64,000 nucleotides of DNA from an uncultured virus (IMG/VR IMGVR_UViG_3300035208_001903) (Duplodnaviria > Heunggongvirae > Uroviricota > Caudoviricetes), in the IMG/VR virus record IMGVR_UViG_3300035208_001903. One strand, written 5' to 3'. Position 1 is the first letter of the stretch, and the number at the start of each line of letters is the position of its first letter. Positions 41,882 through 53,136 of this stretch are shown piece after piece. Both the position numbers and the translations under genes were made by a program. The notes below the pieces were generated by a model. That model was given only the letters and a program-made list of their open reading frames with translations, ran no database searches and had not been told where the DNA came from.

Positions 41882-42697
41882 CACCAACGGTTCGCGCTAT
41901 GCTGACGTGCCGGTTTCGGCATGTGGCGCTTCGCCCTCGCAGCATGGCGCTGTTGTAGGCTGTAACGCCACACTTTCCTTAGTGTCCAGCGCCACCCTAC
42001 AGCAACCAATCCTAAATGCCAACATTTTTAACTCATTCATACCACTATTTGTTGCAGCCATTACCTGCTGATCGCCACGGAAATTTAATGTACGCTGTAT
42101 ATCTGCTAACTCTTTGTCAACGTCTCGGCGGCGCATATTAAACTGCCTTTCGTGTGGCGTTATTGACTACAACGTCCCGCTAAACGGCTGACAGTTGCCG
42201 TAGTCGCTTAATGCGCAAAACCCACGTATCAAGAAACTGTTGCTTAGTAGTGTTATCCCACGTATTTAGCAATAAGGCAATTTCAGCCTTTAGCTGTTGT
42301 AGGCTGTTGATTTTTTGTTCCACAAGTTTAACACACTCGGAACAAAGAACCTCACCTTCACCAACGCCATGTGTTTGACAAACAATCTGCATATATAAAT
42401 TCCTTTCAAAAAATCAATTGACTACAACGTTTACTGCACAGCCGATAGTTGCCGCAACCGCTCGACAACCATTGACGGACTGATGGACACCTGATCTCGC
42501 GTGCGGCACTCAATCTCGTTAGCAAGAGCGGCAATTTTGGCTTGTAGTTGTTGTGCGTCGTTTTCGGGAGCCACCGCCAGTTCACACGGCTCCATTGACA
42601 CACAAGACGCTCGACCATTGAGAAGGCTACGCCACGCACACAAGCCCATCTTAGTACAATATTTCATAATCAAAAGCTCCCGAAAATGTCGCACAAC
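41882..42697. mobile_element. attC-like cassette array: 3 hairpin sites (41882-41958, 42167-42302, 42422-42556) and 3 small cassettes
   Basis: Each site reads ..CAAC-spacer-stem..stem-T-GTTG.. with covarying arms. Each cassette's leading GTT core is complementary to its own trailing AAC core. The segment is more GC-rich than its flanks. Confidence 0.7.
41897..42667 (-). CDS. three cassette ORFs (41897-42136, 42180-42392, 42431-42667)
   Basis: Each has an RBS and runs into the next hairpin site. Two end in RLRQLSAV because they translate the repeat arm. Confidence 0.6.
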
Positions 42698-43326
42698 TAT
42701 ACCTATGATGTCATTCCCCTGTATAACCCATTGATTTATAAAACATATTAAATTTATTTGTTATTTTATTTAACGGATATCCATCTTGTATTAAAGCCCG
42801 AATAACAGCCCATCTAATATATTTGCTTCTTGTTTTAGCATTACTTTTTGTAGCCTGATGTTTACATGCAGTCAAAAGTATTGGCTCCATATAACCTTTA
42901 TAATCAACTCTTAATAAATCATTGTTTTCAATTTTCATAACTAAAAGATATAAGTAATCAGTAATACAAACAATCCCATAACAATAAATGAGAATACCAA
43001 TCCTGCACAATCTTGTATTAAAGCCCATACCAATCCAATCAACTTAAAAGCAACAATCAAGCCGACTAAACCTAAAAACAGATAAAAAAGTATTGTCATA
43101 TTTCATCCTCTTTAGTATGTTTAGTCTTCCTATTATATTTCTTCTTATTCTTGAACTTAACAGAAGGTCTACCACCATGAAATTTTGGTATGTATATTCC
43201 TTTAATGACTTTGAAGTGTACCTTTTTCATAGTTAATCCTCTTACAACAACAATATACATCATGGGATTAAATATGTCAAGGCTTATTTTAAATTATTTT
43301 TTAGTCTTTCTTATTGTTGTTTTGGA

Positions 43327-44385
43327 TTACCGACTTTCCCATTCCTTCGTCTTTTTCTTTTCAGTATTAACCAAGTCTTCCATTTTTGCGCGGCTGGTAT
43401 TATCAAGGCTCATAGCACACTCAAAAGCCTTACCAGACAATGAATCTCCGGATCCAAACCAAATTGCATCAAGTTTACTGGTATTTTCTTTATAAGTCTT
43501 AACGTGGGTGATATATTCCGTAACAGCATTATACAAACCCCAAGCCGTACCTTTGCTGCTGTCAAACGTACAACCTTTACCTTTGCTTTCAAACAATTCC
43601 TGAATAACCTGACGCATATTTGTTGCACGTGTAGGATTAACACCGACTGAAGGAAGCACATAAGCCAAGAAATAATCAACCATCATCGTATCAACCTTAA
43701 CTTCCGTAAGGTGTTCATACCGGTCTTTTGCCTTCTCCCACTCAGTATTAACCAATCCAAGAACACGAGCAGCCTCAGCAATCTTATCCTTTGCATTGGT
43801 ACTATGCCTGATACGCACAGTTTCACTCTTATCAGACATTGCGGCACGAAGAGTATTCTGACACACAACACGAACACCAGTCATTTTTGCCATCAGATTA
43901 GTTGAACCATCATGTGAAGTGGCAAGCAGTACGAACTTATCAACAATATCATCACCACGAAGTTTAATCTGTGAAGGGAGTTTCGCGAGGATCCAAACTT
44001 TTCTGCCGTTATCCAAAGCACCGGCAGATTCATAAATTGCCTGATTAGCCTCAATGATTGAATCGAAGAAGTCAAAGCAATCAACATTCTGCACGACCTG
44101 ATAATTCTTTCCAACAATCCCAAGAATAGAATCGGTCCCGTCTTTATCTGTGCGGCGATTAACAAACTGATTTGGGATTTGAACCGGACTGAACAACTTG
44201 TCATTATTACTATTGTAGAAGACCGGGAAGCCTTCAACAGTCCAATTCAATGAAGCCAATTTCAAAGCTTCGCTGGCTGTTGCACGACCGGAAATTACCG
44301 TACCTTCTTTATGCCAAGGTATAATTCCGGAACCACTGAACATTTCCGCTTTTCCATCTTTGTTATAACTCAAATTGGCTGACAT
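43327..44385 (-). CDS. DUF932 family phage/plasmid protein
   Basis: PWHKEG, YQVVQN, ESAGALDNGRKVW, SHDGS, RVVCQNTL and GTAWGLYNAVTEY motifs. Confidence 0.88.
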   Translation of the reverse strand: MSANLSYNKDGKAEMFSGSGIIPWHKEGTVISGRATASEALKLASLNWTVEGFPVFYNSNNDKLFSPVQIPNQFVNRRTDKDGTDSILGIVGKNYQVVQNVDCFDFFDSIIEANQAIYESAGALDNGRKVWILAKLPSQIKLRGDDIVDKFVLLATSHDGSTNLMAKMTGVRVVCQNTLRAAMSDKSETVRIRHSTNAKDKIAEAARVLGLVNTEWEKAKDRYEHLTEVKVDTMMVDYFLAYVLPSVGVNPTRATNMRQVIQELFESKGKGCTFDSSKGTAWGLYNAVTEYITHVKTYKENTSKLDAIWFGSGDSLSGKAFECAMSLDNTSRAKMEDLVNTEKKKTKEWESR

Positions 44386-44459
44386 ATAAAACCTTTCTGT
44401 TTGAGTGATTTTTGTTTCATCTCAAACAATATACATCAACGCCATTAATTTGTCAAGAG

Positions 44460-45077
44460 TTATTTAAAACAATTTTTAAGAACTAGTTCATTAAATAAAG
44501 GTATTACCTTAGTTATATCATCTATTGGTTCAATTGGAATTATATCTAATATAGATTGTATTGTATGCGGAGGTATATCGTACCATCTACGATATTTTAA
44601 AACTACGTTATAAAATAATACATCAATGTTAGCATATTTAACATAATCTTGATATAATATGCTTAGTTTATTTTTTTGTAGTAAATTAAATACAATTTTT
44701 TCGCATTCATATTCCATAGTTTGAATAGCTCTTGCTGATTCAATAACTTTAGATTTAGGTCTGATTTCTTGACCTTGTAACCAATACCAAAAATAGTTTT
44801 GTAGATTTTTATTTTCAATTAGTTTATAAAATAGTTTATCTTTATTAAGCCATTGTATAAAATGAGAATATTCGTGTAAAAATACTGGTAGCCAGTTTTT
44901 TTGCGGTAAACCAGTTGCAACGACTAGACTTTTATTTTTACAATCGAAGTAACCAGTACATTTAATTTTTTCGTGTTCTTGGTATACGTTATTTTGTTTA
45001 GAGAATATAACTTCTATATGTTTATTATTTAAGTGGCTTATTGCATTACCAATAAATAATTTATCGTTATCTGTCAT
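44460..45077 (-). CDS. putative zinc metallopeptidase-like protein
   Basis: FLHEYSH (HExxH) with downstream EYECE. Confidence 0.55.
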   Translation of the reverse strand: MTDNDKLFIGNAISHLNNKHIEVIFSKQNNVYQEHEKIKCTGYFDCKNKSLVVATGLPQKNWLPVFLHEYSHFIQWLNKDKLFYKLIENKNLQNYFWYWLQGQEIRPKSKVIESARAIQTMEYECEKIVFNLLQKNKLSILYQDYVKYANIDVLFYNVVLKYRRWYDIPPHTIQSILDIIPIEPIDDITKVIPLFNELVLKNCFK

Positions 45078-45609
45078 TTAAATCCTTCAATAGAAATTTT
45101 AGTGCCTTGCTTAATTGCTTGTTCTATTTCTTTATTATCTTTTTCTATTAGATCTTCGTTAATTTTTTGGAAGTTTGCAGTTTTAATTTCGTTACTTTGT
45201 TCATTGCATTTAGTACATATAGTTTTATTTGTAGTAATATCAATAGATAGATTTATATTACCACATTTAGGGCAGACACGAACATTAGTATAATCAAATT
45301 CGCCTTCGCCGTCTAACAAAGCTGGTATTTTGTTGTTCATTATAATATTTATATTATTGAATGTTATTAGGTTTATTATCTTGAATATTAAAATATCCTA
45401 CAATTCCGCCTAATCCAGTAAGTGCAGCTGCTCCATAGATTATTTCACGTTTATAAGGAGGAAGCCAATCTGAATGAATACATTTAACCACAGACATAAC
45501 TTCACCAATTAGAACAAACAAACCAAGTAAACATATAATATAGAAAGTTTTCATAAATTATCCTTTCATATTCATTTAAAAACATACACGATCTATAAGT
45601 TGTTGTATA

Positions 45610-45808
45610 TTATCGTTTAAAACAAACGTAGCAAATACCAAGAATGATAAAAATTACTATAGCTAAACTTATAGGTATCCACATTGGCGCTAAAACCCAT
45701 AACCAAGACCATGTGATTTTACCTAATAATTTAAGCACAATAAAAAACAATAGTAAGTAATCCAAGAAATCCAATACCACCTGATGAACTTGAACTGCTA
45801 CTTGACAT
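45610..45808 (-). pseudogene. frameshifted small phage membrane protein (SSSSGGIGF..LKL.G.I.WSW.WVL.P.WI family)
   Basis: One extra base in the A6 run at 45742-45747 breaks an otherwise intact frame. Confidence 0.7.
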
Positions 45809-46199
45809 TATATCCTCCTTTATTATGGTGTACTTTAACTTCTTTAATTATTAATTTTATTATATCATGAACACACGAACACATATAACCCGTAAACCAT
45901 ATATTACTATTCCATTCTAATTTAAGTAATGTAAAAATAATATAACTCACCCATACTAATACAAATATAATAATGGTATCAATTAACACATTCTTCCATT
46001 TCATTAGAACTCCTTTTAATTAAATTCATCATATAAAATGACTTGAACAAGCTGTTTGATTACTATAATCAATACATTTACTTCTATCTTTTGGTTTTTT
46101 AGTATATCTTCTTTCACGATATTCATATGTTTTACCACATAAACAACATTTACGAATTGTAATAAAATACCAATGCTTTTTAGTTTTCATAGTAATTTA

Positions 46200-47843
46200 T
46201 TATTCTTTAATTTCTTTTGTATTATCAAATATTTGTAAGAACTGATTACCATCAGTATGAGTATCAACACAAATCATTGTATAATCTTTACCTCGATGGA
46301 CCCACTTACGATGAAATCTTTCTGTATATATTTCATTTGAATATCCATCATCTTCAGTTCCTTCAAAAACATTATCTTTATCTTTAGCAAATTTTACTTC
46401 ATCACCATAACCTTCACCTGTTAAACTCCAATAATATTCACGTGCATCATCAATTGGTATAACCTTCCAGTCTTCTTTATAACCAAAGTAATCAAATATT
46501 TCTTCTTTTAATTTTAAATAATCATCTAAAAGTTTCATAAATTATCCTTTATAGGCAAACCAAACCATCCAAGTGATGCTTGATACGACCACCACGAACA
46601 ATACCAACTGCAATGCAAAGGGCATCCTACACTCCACACTTGGGCCGAAGTACCACTCATCTCCTGCCATGATGGCTCCTCACTTTATATGGTTTGGACT
46701 TTCATGGTTTCTTTACACATAATGCATTTTTGGTTTTAAATTGATTATACACAAGACTATCAGCTATTGATGCATATTTATAAACTCCTGAATTAGTATT
46801 TGCATCATAAGCAGCAAACCAATCCTTACGCTTTTCGTTTATACATACTGAATTTGATACCCATTTAGTATTATTAAGAACTCCTAATATTCCTATCGGT
46901 CCTAAAAGCACGAATAAAATTCCGCCAGTAGCAATACCTTTACCAACATCACTTTGTTTTTCTAAGTACATATATGGTATACATGAGTCACATACAGTAT
47001 CTTCAGCCCATACGTGCATAGAAGTAAATAACATTACAATAGCAACAAAAATCTGTTTCATAAATTATCCTTTCATTATAATTTCTTTTAATTCTTTAAT
47101 AACATTTTTTGCTTCTAATTGATTATTCTTGTTATTTATTCCATCAGTAAGAGAACATAATTTATTTAATAATATAATTGTTTCAAATGTTTCTTCTTTA
47201 TTTTGCAATGAAGGAATTATCTCGCCATTTATAAAACGAATAATTTCATTAATTCCACCTATTATATCACATATACCATAACTATCAGTTAAATGTACTT
47301 CATGTAATTTTCTATAATCACAATATTTTTTCTTCTTAATAAGATCTTTAATATCTAGTTGTTTTTTTAACTTCATAATTTATTCTCCATTATTTTCTTC
47401 TTTAATCCATCCTGGAACTAAATCACGTATATCAGTTCTAGCTGCAGTGTAATCAAAGTATCGGTCCCAATTACCAGCACAATGATAGACTACAAAAGCA
47501 TGATTTTCATCTGATAACCTTTTAACAATACCATGCTCTATTTTATTAAATGACTTATAAGTAACTTTATCACCTATTTCCATTATTCACCTTCTTTCAT
47601 AAAAAATTCAAATCCACATTGTTCTTCATCATCAAAAACTAGTTTAAACAAATCTTTAACTTCTTTACGTTTAGCTTGGCTTTTACGTTTATTTAATACT
47701 TTAATCGTTATTTCTTTTTGTTTAGGTGCAATTATTCTTAATATTTTTTGAACAATTGGAAAATAATCTGAATAAGGTAATACAGTTATTCTTATCCAAT
47801 CCTTTCGTGATACATAACTTACTTCTTCGTTATCATTATTCAT
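46200..47843 (-). CDS. hypothetical proteins (46200, 46702, 47065, 47380, 47583)
   Basis: Co-oriented ORFs with RBS; 46702 has a signal-peptide-like N-terminus. Confidence 0.55.
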
Positions 47844-48508
47844 TTTGTTTCTATTTTATTATCAATTTTATCAAAAGTATCATCAGAAATATTATAAACT
47901 ATACCAAATTTTTTCTTACAGTGTTCTTTAACATCAATAGGAAATTTACTGAATATATATTTACATCTACTAAATGTACAAGCAACAGGAGATATAAAGT
48001 ATTGTTTAAAGAAATACCAATGTTTTTTAGATATAAGTCTTAATAGATATGGATTAGTGATATAAAGAGTCATTGTTTCAGCTAATTCATCCATTAGTTC
48101 GTTATTACTATAACAATTTAAATAGAATCTTTCAGTTGGGAATTGATCTTTATAATCGTTTAACATGTTAGGAAAAATTCTAAAATGCATATAATGACAA
48201 AATTCGTGTATTGTTACTCCAAATAAAGTCATATCTGAAACATAACCTGGGCAAAATGGTTCTGGTGTTTCTTCATATCTTCTACCACATACTAAAGGAT
48301 TTACATATATACAATTTAATGAAGTTTTTTCGTAAGGTCTATATTCACCACAATCTTTTAAGTTATAATTATAAGCAACAGTTAAATCAAAACATAAATT
48401 ATTAATCGTTGCAATTTTTTTAATGAGTTTAATTGCAAGAGTTGTTTCAAGTATAGGCATATCAACTTTAACAACAATTTTATTTCTTCTACGTTTAGTT
48501 TTTTTCAT
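47840..48508 (-). CDS. putative zincin-like metallopeptidase
   Basis: IHEFCH (HExxH) and downstream ELAE. Confidence 0.55.
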   Translation of the reverse strand: MKKTKRRRNKIVVKVDMPILETTLAIKLIKKIATINNLCFDLTVAYNYNLKDCGEYRPYEKTSLNCIYVNPLVCGRRYEETPEPFCPGYVSDMTLFGVTIHEFCHYMHFRIFPNMLNDYKDQFPTERFYLNCYSNNELMDELAETMTLYITNPYLLRLISKKHWYFFKQYFISPVACTFSRCKYIFSKFPIDVKEHCKKKFGIVYNISDDTFDKIDNKIETK

Positions 48509-48901
48509 GAATAATACTCAGCAATAGTTCTATCCATTATAGAACTAAAATGTAATAAAGCACATCTTGGACATATAGATACATTAAAAGGATCTTCGTC
48601 TGAACATTCTTTATCTTTAGTATAAGGCACTTTAACTGTCATATTTGAATCGTTTGATATAGGAACTGATATTTCTCTATCCATTGGGATTTTATGTTTA
48701 GGTGCAATTTTTAAAAGAATATCAGCCATTTTAGAACGAACAAATTTAAAAGCTGCTGTATCTCTTTGAAGTTTAAGTTCTTTAATTGATTCTTCTGTTG
48801 ATTTAATTTCTCTTTCCGTATAATTGACTTTGTTTTCTAATGTTTGTAATTCTTCGGTTAGTACAGCTTGTTTTTCTGCTAATTCATATAAACGATCCAT
48901 T

Positions 48902-49612
48902 TTATACCTCGTAAATAGCTTTTTGGGTATTATCACCATGATTAAGGTTCTTTGCCCCTAAATCACAGACTTTTCTTATTCCAATTTGATAATTATCTAT
49001 TATGATTTCGTATTGCCCTTTATATATATTAAGAAAGCAATCTATAGCATTTCTTGGATGTTGCCAGACTAAGCTATGATGCTGATTGAATTCTTTATGA
49101 GATATATAAAACCATGAATCCTTCACTTCCATAAGATAATCATCAAACAATAAAATACCATTTTCTTTTAATAATTTCCATGCCATGACAGCATCTTCTA
49201 ATACACCACAAGCATTATGATCACCATCAATATAAATTAAATCAAATAACTTGTTTTCGGTTTTAAGTTTTGGTAATGCGTTATATGAATAATCTTTAAT
49301 AAAGTTAATACGTTTTTTACCTTCTTCAGTTAATTCACCTTCAATTAACCATTTTTGCATATTATAATTAAAGTTTGGACCAACATCTGGATCTATTAGT
49401 GTTAAACAATCGCTACTACCATCTTCATCATTTAATAATATATTATCTAACAACCAAGTTGAAGTTCTACCTTCAAAAACACCAATTTCTAAAAAACTTA
49501 AAAATCCGGGTATATATAAATGTTCGTCTTCATAAAAGAAATAATTTCTAATTCTATTGAAGTTTCTAATATGATCTTTATTCCAAAAATCCATTGAAAA
49601 TTTATATTCCAC
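48902..49612 (-). CDS. class I SAM-dependent methyltransferase (Methyltransf_24-like)
   Basis: LEIGVFEGRTS, FDLIYIDGDH and GILLFDDY motifs. Confidence 0.88.
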   Translation of the reverse strand: MEYKFSMDFWNKDHIRNFNRIRNYFFYEDEHLYIPGFLSFLEIGVFEGRTSTWLLDNILLNDEDGSSDCLTLIDPDVGPNFNYNMQKWLIEGELTEEGKKRINFIKDYSYNALPKLKTENKLFDLIYIDGDHNACGVLEDAVMAWKLLKENGILLFDDYLMEVKDSWFYISHKEFNQHHSLVWQHPRNAIDCFLNIYKGQYEIIIDNYQIGIRKVCDLGAKNLNHGDNTQKAIYEV

Positions 49613-51083
49613 GAATTTCTTCTCCTCTTCTTAAATAAACATATTCTTCATAAAGAGTTTGATAATCGTTTTCATTTTTATTCATTGAATCATTATACAT
49701 TTTTAATTTTTTACAAACACCCAAATAACTTGCTGATTTAGTACTATCACATCTTTTACAATTACAAAAGTACAAACCTTTTTCATTATTAATACAAAAT
49801 TTATTTTGGCAGGAAGTAATCATTATTATTCCTTTTTTTCATTTTCTATTCTATTTAATATTATGCGTGAACTTGATAATACAGTATAAGGTATAAAAGT
49901 TATGTTATTATTTTCGTCTCTACATTCCATATGTGATAATTGATTATTTTTTAAATCTGTAAGTAATTCTTCAATTTCTTTTCTTTTAGTTTCTAAAAAA
50001 GATTCATTAAATGATAAACTAGTAAATATTTTATGTTCTCCTGAATATATTACAACATTATATTCATTAGATTTGTTTTTCATTAACTAATCCTTTCATT
50101 GATGTAGCTTCGTTTAATTCTCTTTCAATTTGTTCTATTTGAATTTGTATTCTAGACTTTTCAACAGTTAATTTATTCAATTGAGCTTTCATATTTAGTA
50201 TCTTGTCTTCAGAATTTATCATACCACATTTTTCACATCTACGTTCACAAGAAAAGTCAAAAGTATCCTTGATACGTGTTATATCAATTACATTGTCTTT
50301 ATTACACAAACCGCATTTAAAAAGAGCCCAGGTTCTCTGTCTTGGATCGTAATCTTCACCACCCGATTTATATGTTTTTACAAAGTACATATAGCATCCT
50401 TTGGTTAAATTATTTCATCTAAGTTATTAGTTTCTGGTTCCGATTTATTCTTTTTATTATTCTTTTTGTTTGTTTTAGATTTACTACTTATATCTGCATC
50501 AAATGGTAATTTCTTTTTTAATCTAATTAAGGCTCCGATAGTACCTCCTCGTTCTTTATAATTTTTCCAAGACTTTTCAAAATCATCTTCAAAAAATTCG
50601 CAGTGAATACTATCAGGTTTAATCAGTTTTGCAAATGGTTTAATTAAAGAACACAATTCATTTTCATTGTTTAGGCAATACTTCAGTTTGCATTTCTGTT
50701 CGCACTTTATTTCTGTTTTGGACAAAGAACGTTCGTTTGTAGACATTTCTGTGCGCCTCGCAGTATTGTGGATATACATTAACTCTCGGTAACAAAATAA
50801 TCTCAAAATGATTATTGCAATCTTCTAAAGCGCATTTTAAATCTAATACAACTGGAGTAATATAATCATGTTCTATTAATTGATTAGAACTTAATAATTT
50901 TAATTTTTCTTTATTATTTTTATCTTCATCAATTATTTTACGGTATTTTTTAAGACAGTGTTCTAAACAATACTTTGATTTACCAGTTCCTTCAAAAGTT
51001 ACTTCACATCCAGGAAAACTACATTTTTTAGTTTTTAATATCTCATTACGTTTACGCTTAGACTTATCTTTTGGTATTTTCAT
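49602..51083 (-). CDS. small hypothetical, mostly Cys-rich proteins (49602, 49826, 50067, 50405, 50664)
   Basis: Co-oriented ORFs, several with CxxC or Cx4C pairs. Confidence 0.5.
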
Positions 51084-51134
51084 GACGTTCCAATTATTGT
51101 AATATAATATATGCGTTTATAAATATCAATGAGT

Positions 51135-52226
51135 TTATGAATGAAATAAAAATTGTTTATTGTTGCTATATAACTTATCCATATTCTTTTGACCCATAGC
51201 AGCGCTAAACCTTGTTATGCTGTCTCTAAAATGACCTTCTATTTCAATCATATAATAATCTGTTCCATATAGAACTTTATCAGCAACTATAGGATTATTT
51301 TCAATTAACTCTCTTAAAGGTTTAATTATTTTTTTATCAGATAAAACAAATGAAATATCTGAATATACCTTACTATATCGTGTCATTAAATTAATAATAC
51401 GACTGGTCCAAGTACCTTTTTTAGTTGTTATATCAAATCCACCAAAATGAGCTAAATTTAAAATCAAGTTTGGAAACATAAACATTACAGATTCCCAATT
51501 TCGCGGATGATTAAAATACTCTGCATAATCGTTCTTAGTCCAAAACCATTTATCATCAGTAAACTCAACAGGAACATTATCAACTATTTTAATTCCATTA
51601 ATATTTTTTAAATGATGATCCGTTATATGAACCGGCCCAATAGTAGAATGAGCTATTATTGGTATACCTAACTCTTCACATTTTTTATAAACAGGTAATA
51701 ATCTTTTATCAGAAGGTAAATAACCTAACGAAGGATATATTTTAACTCCCCAAAAAACAGTTCTATTTAATAAGTGTTCGTTAAATAATTCATACATATG
51801 CGGATTAAGAGGATTTAAACATAAGAAAGGTAACAATTTACCAGGATATAACTCACATAAATCATACATATCATCAATTTGTTGCTGATAAGTTATTTTT
51901 TCTTTACCGCCAATACTATGTTCCATATCCATAAGCAACGGACATAATATAGTATCAGCTGGATAACAACTTAAAACCTTTTGTAAAATATCTATATCAG
52001 TTTTTCTAAATAAATCTAAAAAATATGCTGCTCCTGTTATACTTGCATTTTGACTAATGAATCCTAATGCTTTAGTTATATTGCGTAAAAAGATAAATGT
52101 TTTTTGACGAAAAGGTATTCTAAAACCTAAAAACTTATCCGGCACACTTTTGTAATTAAATAAATGAACATGAACATCTATTGAATTACTAAACCTAGGA
52201 AAATCATCAGATAGTTCTCGCCACAT
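51135..52226 (-). CDS. amidohydrolase family (Amidohydro_2-like) metallohydrolase
   Basis: DVHVH, GVKIYPSLGY, AHFGG, YSDIS and LYGTDY motifs. Confidence 0.88.
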   Translation of the reverse strand: MWRELSDDFPRFSNSIDVHVHLFNYKSVPDKFLGFRIPFRQKTFIFLRNITKALGFISQNASITGAAYFLDLFRKTDIDILQKVLSCYPADTILCPLLMDMEHSIGGKEKITYQQQIDDMYDLCELYPGKLLPFLCLNPLNPHMYELFNEHLLNRTVFWGVKIYPSLGYLPSDKRLLPVYKKCEELGIPIIAHSTIGPVHITDHHLKNINGIKIVDNVPVEFTDDKWFWTKNDYAEYFNHPRNWESVMFMFPNLILNLAHFGGFDITTKKGTWTSRIINLMTRYSKVYSDISFVLSDKKIIKPLRELIENNPIVADKVLYGTDYYMIEIEGHFRDSITRFSAAMGQKNMDKLYSNNKQFLFHS

Positions 52227-52242
52227 TTAATGTTCCTTTCAA

Positions 52243-52515
52243 TTATTTAATATTGTCTTCGTGCTTATCAAATTCAAATATTTTACATTCTTTAGTTAAT
52301 AAATAACCACAAGTTTTCCAATTATTACAATGTTGACATAAAGACTCTTCCCATTCTTTACGCCAATTAGCAGCATTTAACTTAATCCATTCTACAATAT
52401 AAGATTGACCCGGATCTTTATTGATTTTTTCACCTTCGTACCATTTATCAAGATCAATCTTCTTCATTTCAGTTTCAAGGAATTTACAAAACAAATACGC
52501 CTGTTTCTTATCCAT
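52243..52515 (-). CDS. hypothetical protein (DUF4032-like KWY.GE motif)
   Basis: KWYEGEKINKDPG..EWI pattern. Confidence 0.45.
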   Translation of the reverse strand: MDKKQAYLFCKFLETEMKKIDLDKWYEGEKINKDPGQSYIVEWIKLNAANWRKEWEESLCQHCNNWKTCGYLLTKECKIFEFDKHEDNIK

Positions 52516-53136
52516 TCCTTCCCACTTACAGCTTTTGTTTAATACTTCAGCTGTGCTCTTATTTATATTCCTTTCTTTAGTTATTCATCTGTTAATTTAT
52601 CTTCCCAGTCACTAGCTTCATCGTTATCAATATCATCGATTTTAAGATTTCTTAAAAATGCTTTAACATCTTTTCTTTTCTGTTTATGCTTACCTTTATC
52701 CTTCTTTTTTCCAAAAGTATCATAGTACTCATCTGAAAACGTTTTACTCATCTGAAACCTTCCTTAGTATCCTTTTCTGTTAATTGTTTAAATGCTTTTG
52801 TTTAAAATGTATTAGTCCATATATAAAAAATATCAATCCAAATAAAAGAGTAGTTATTATTATAACAGTTCGGCGACATAGCCTATATGTACCACCAAAA
52901 ACACAATCGCCTGTATTTTGGCCTACTTTATAACAACCGTCAATGATTTTTTGTTCATGCGTCATTTCTAAATCCAATCTTCTTATGTTTAAGATTTAAA
53001 ACTCTAATAGCACTACTTATTGATAATATTCCTATAATAATTGATGTTGATACACCTATTATCAATTTTAAAAGTACTATAAACTTAGAATCATCATTAT
53101 TTGCAACTGGTATTAATTGATCTATCATATTTAACC

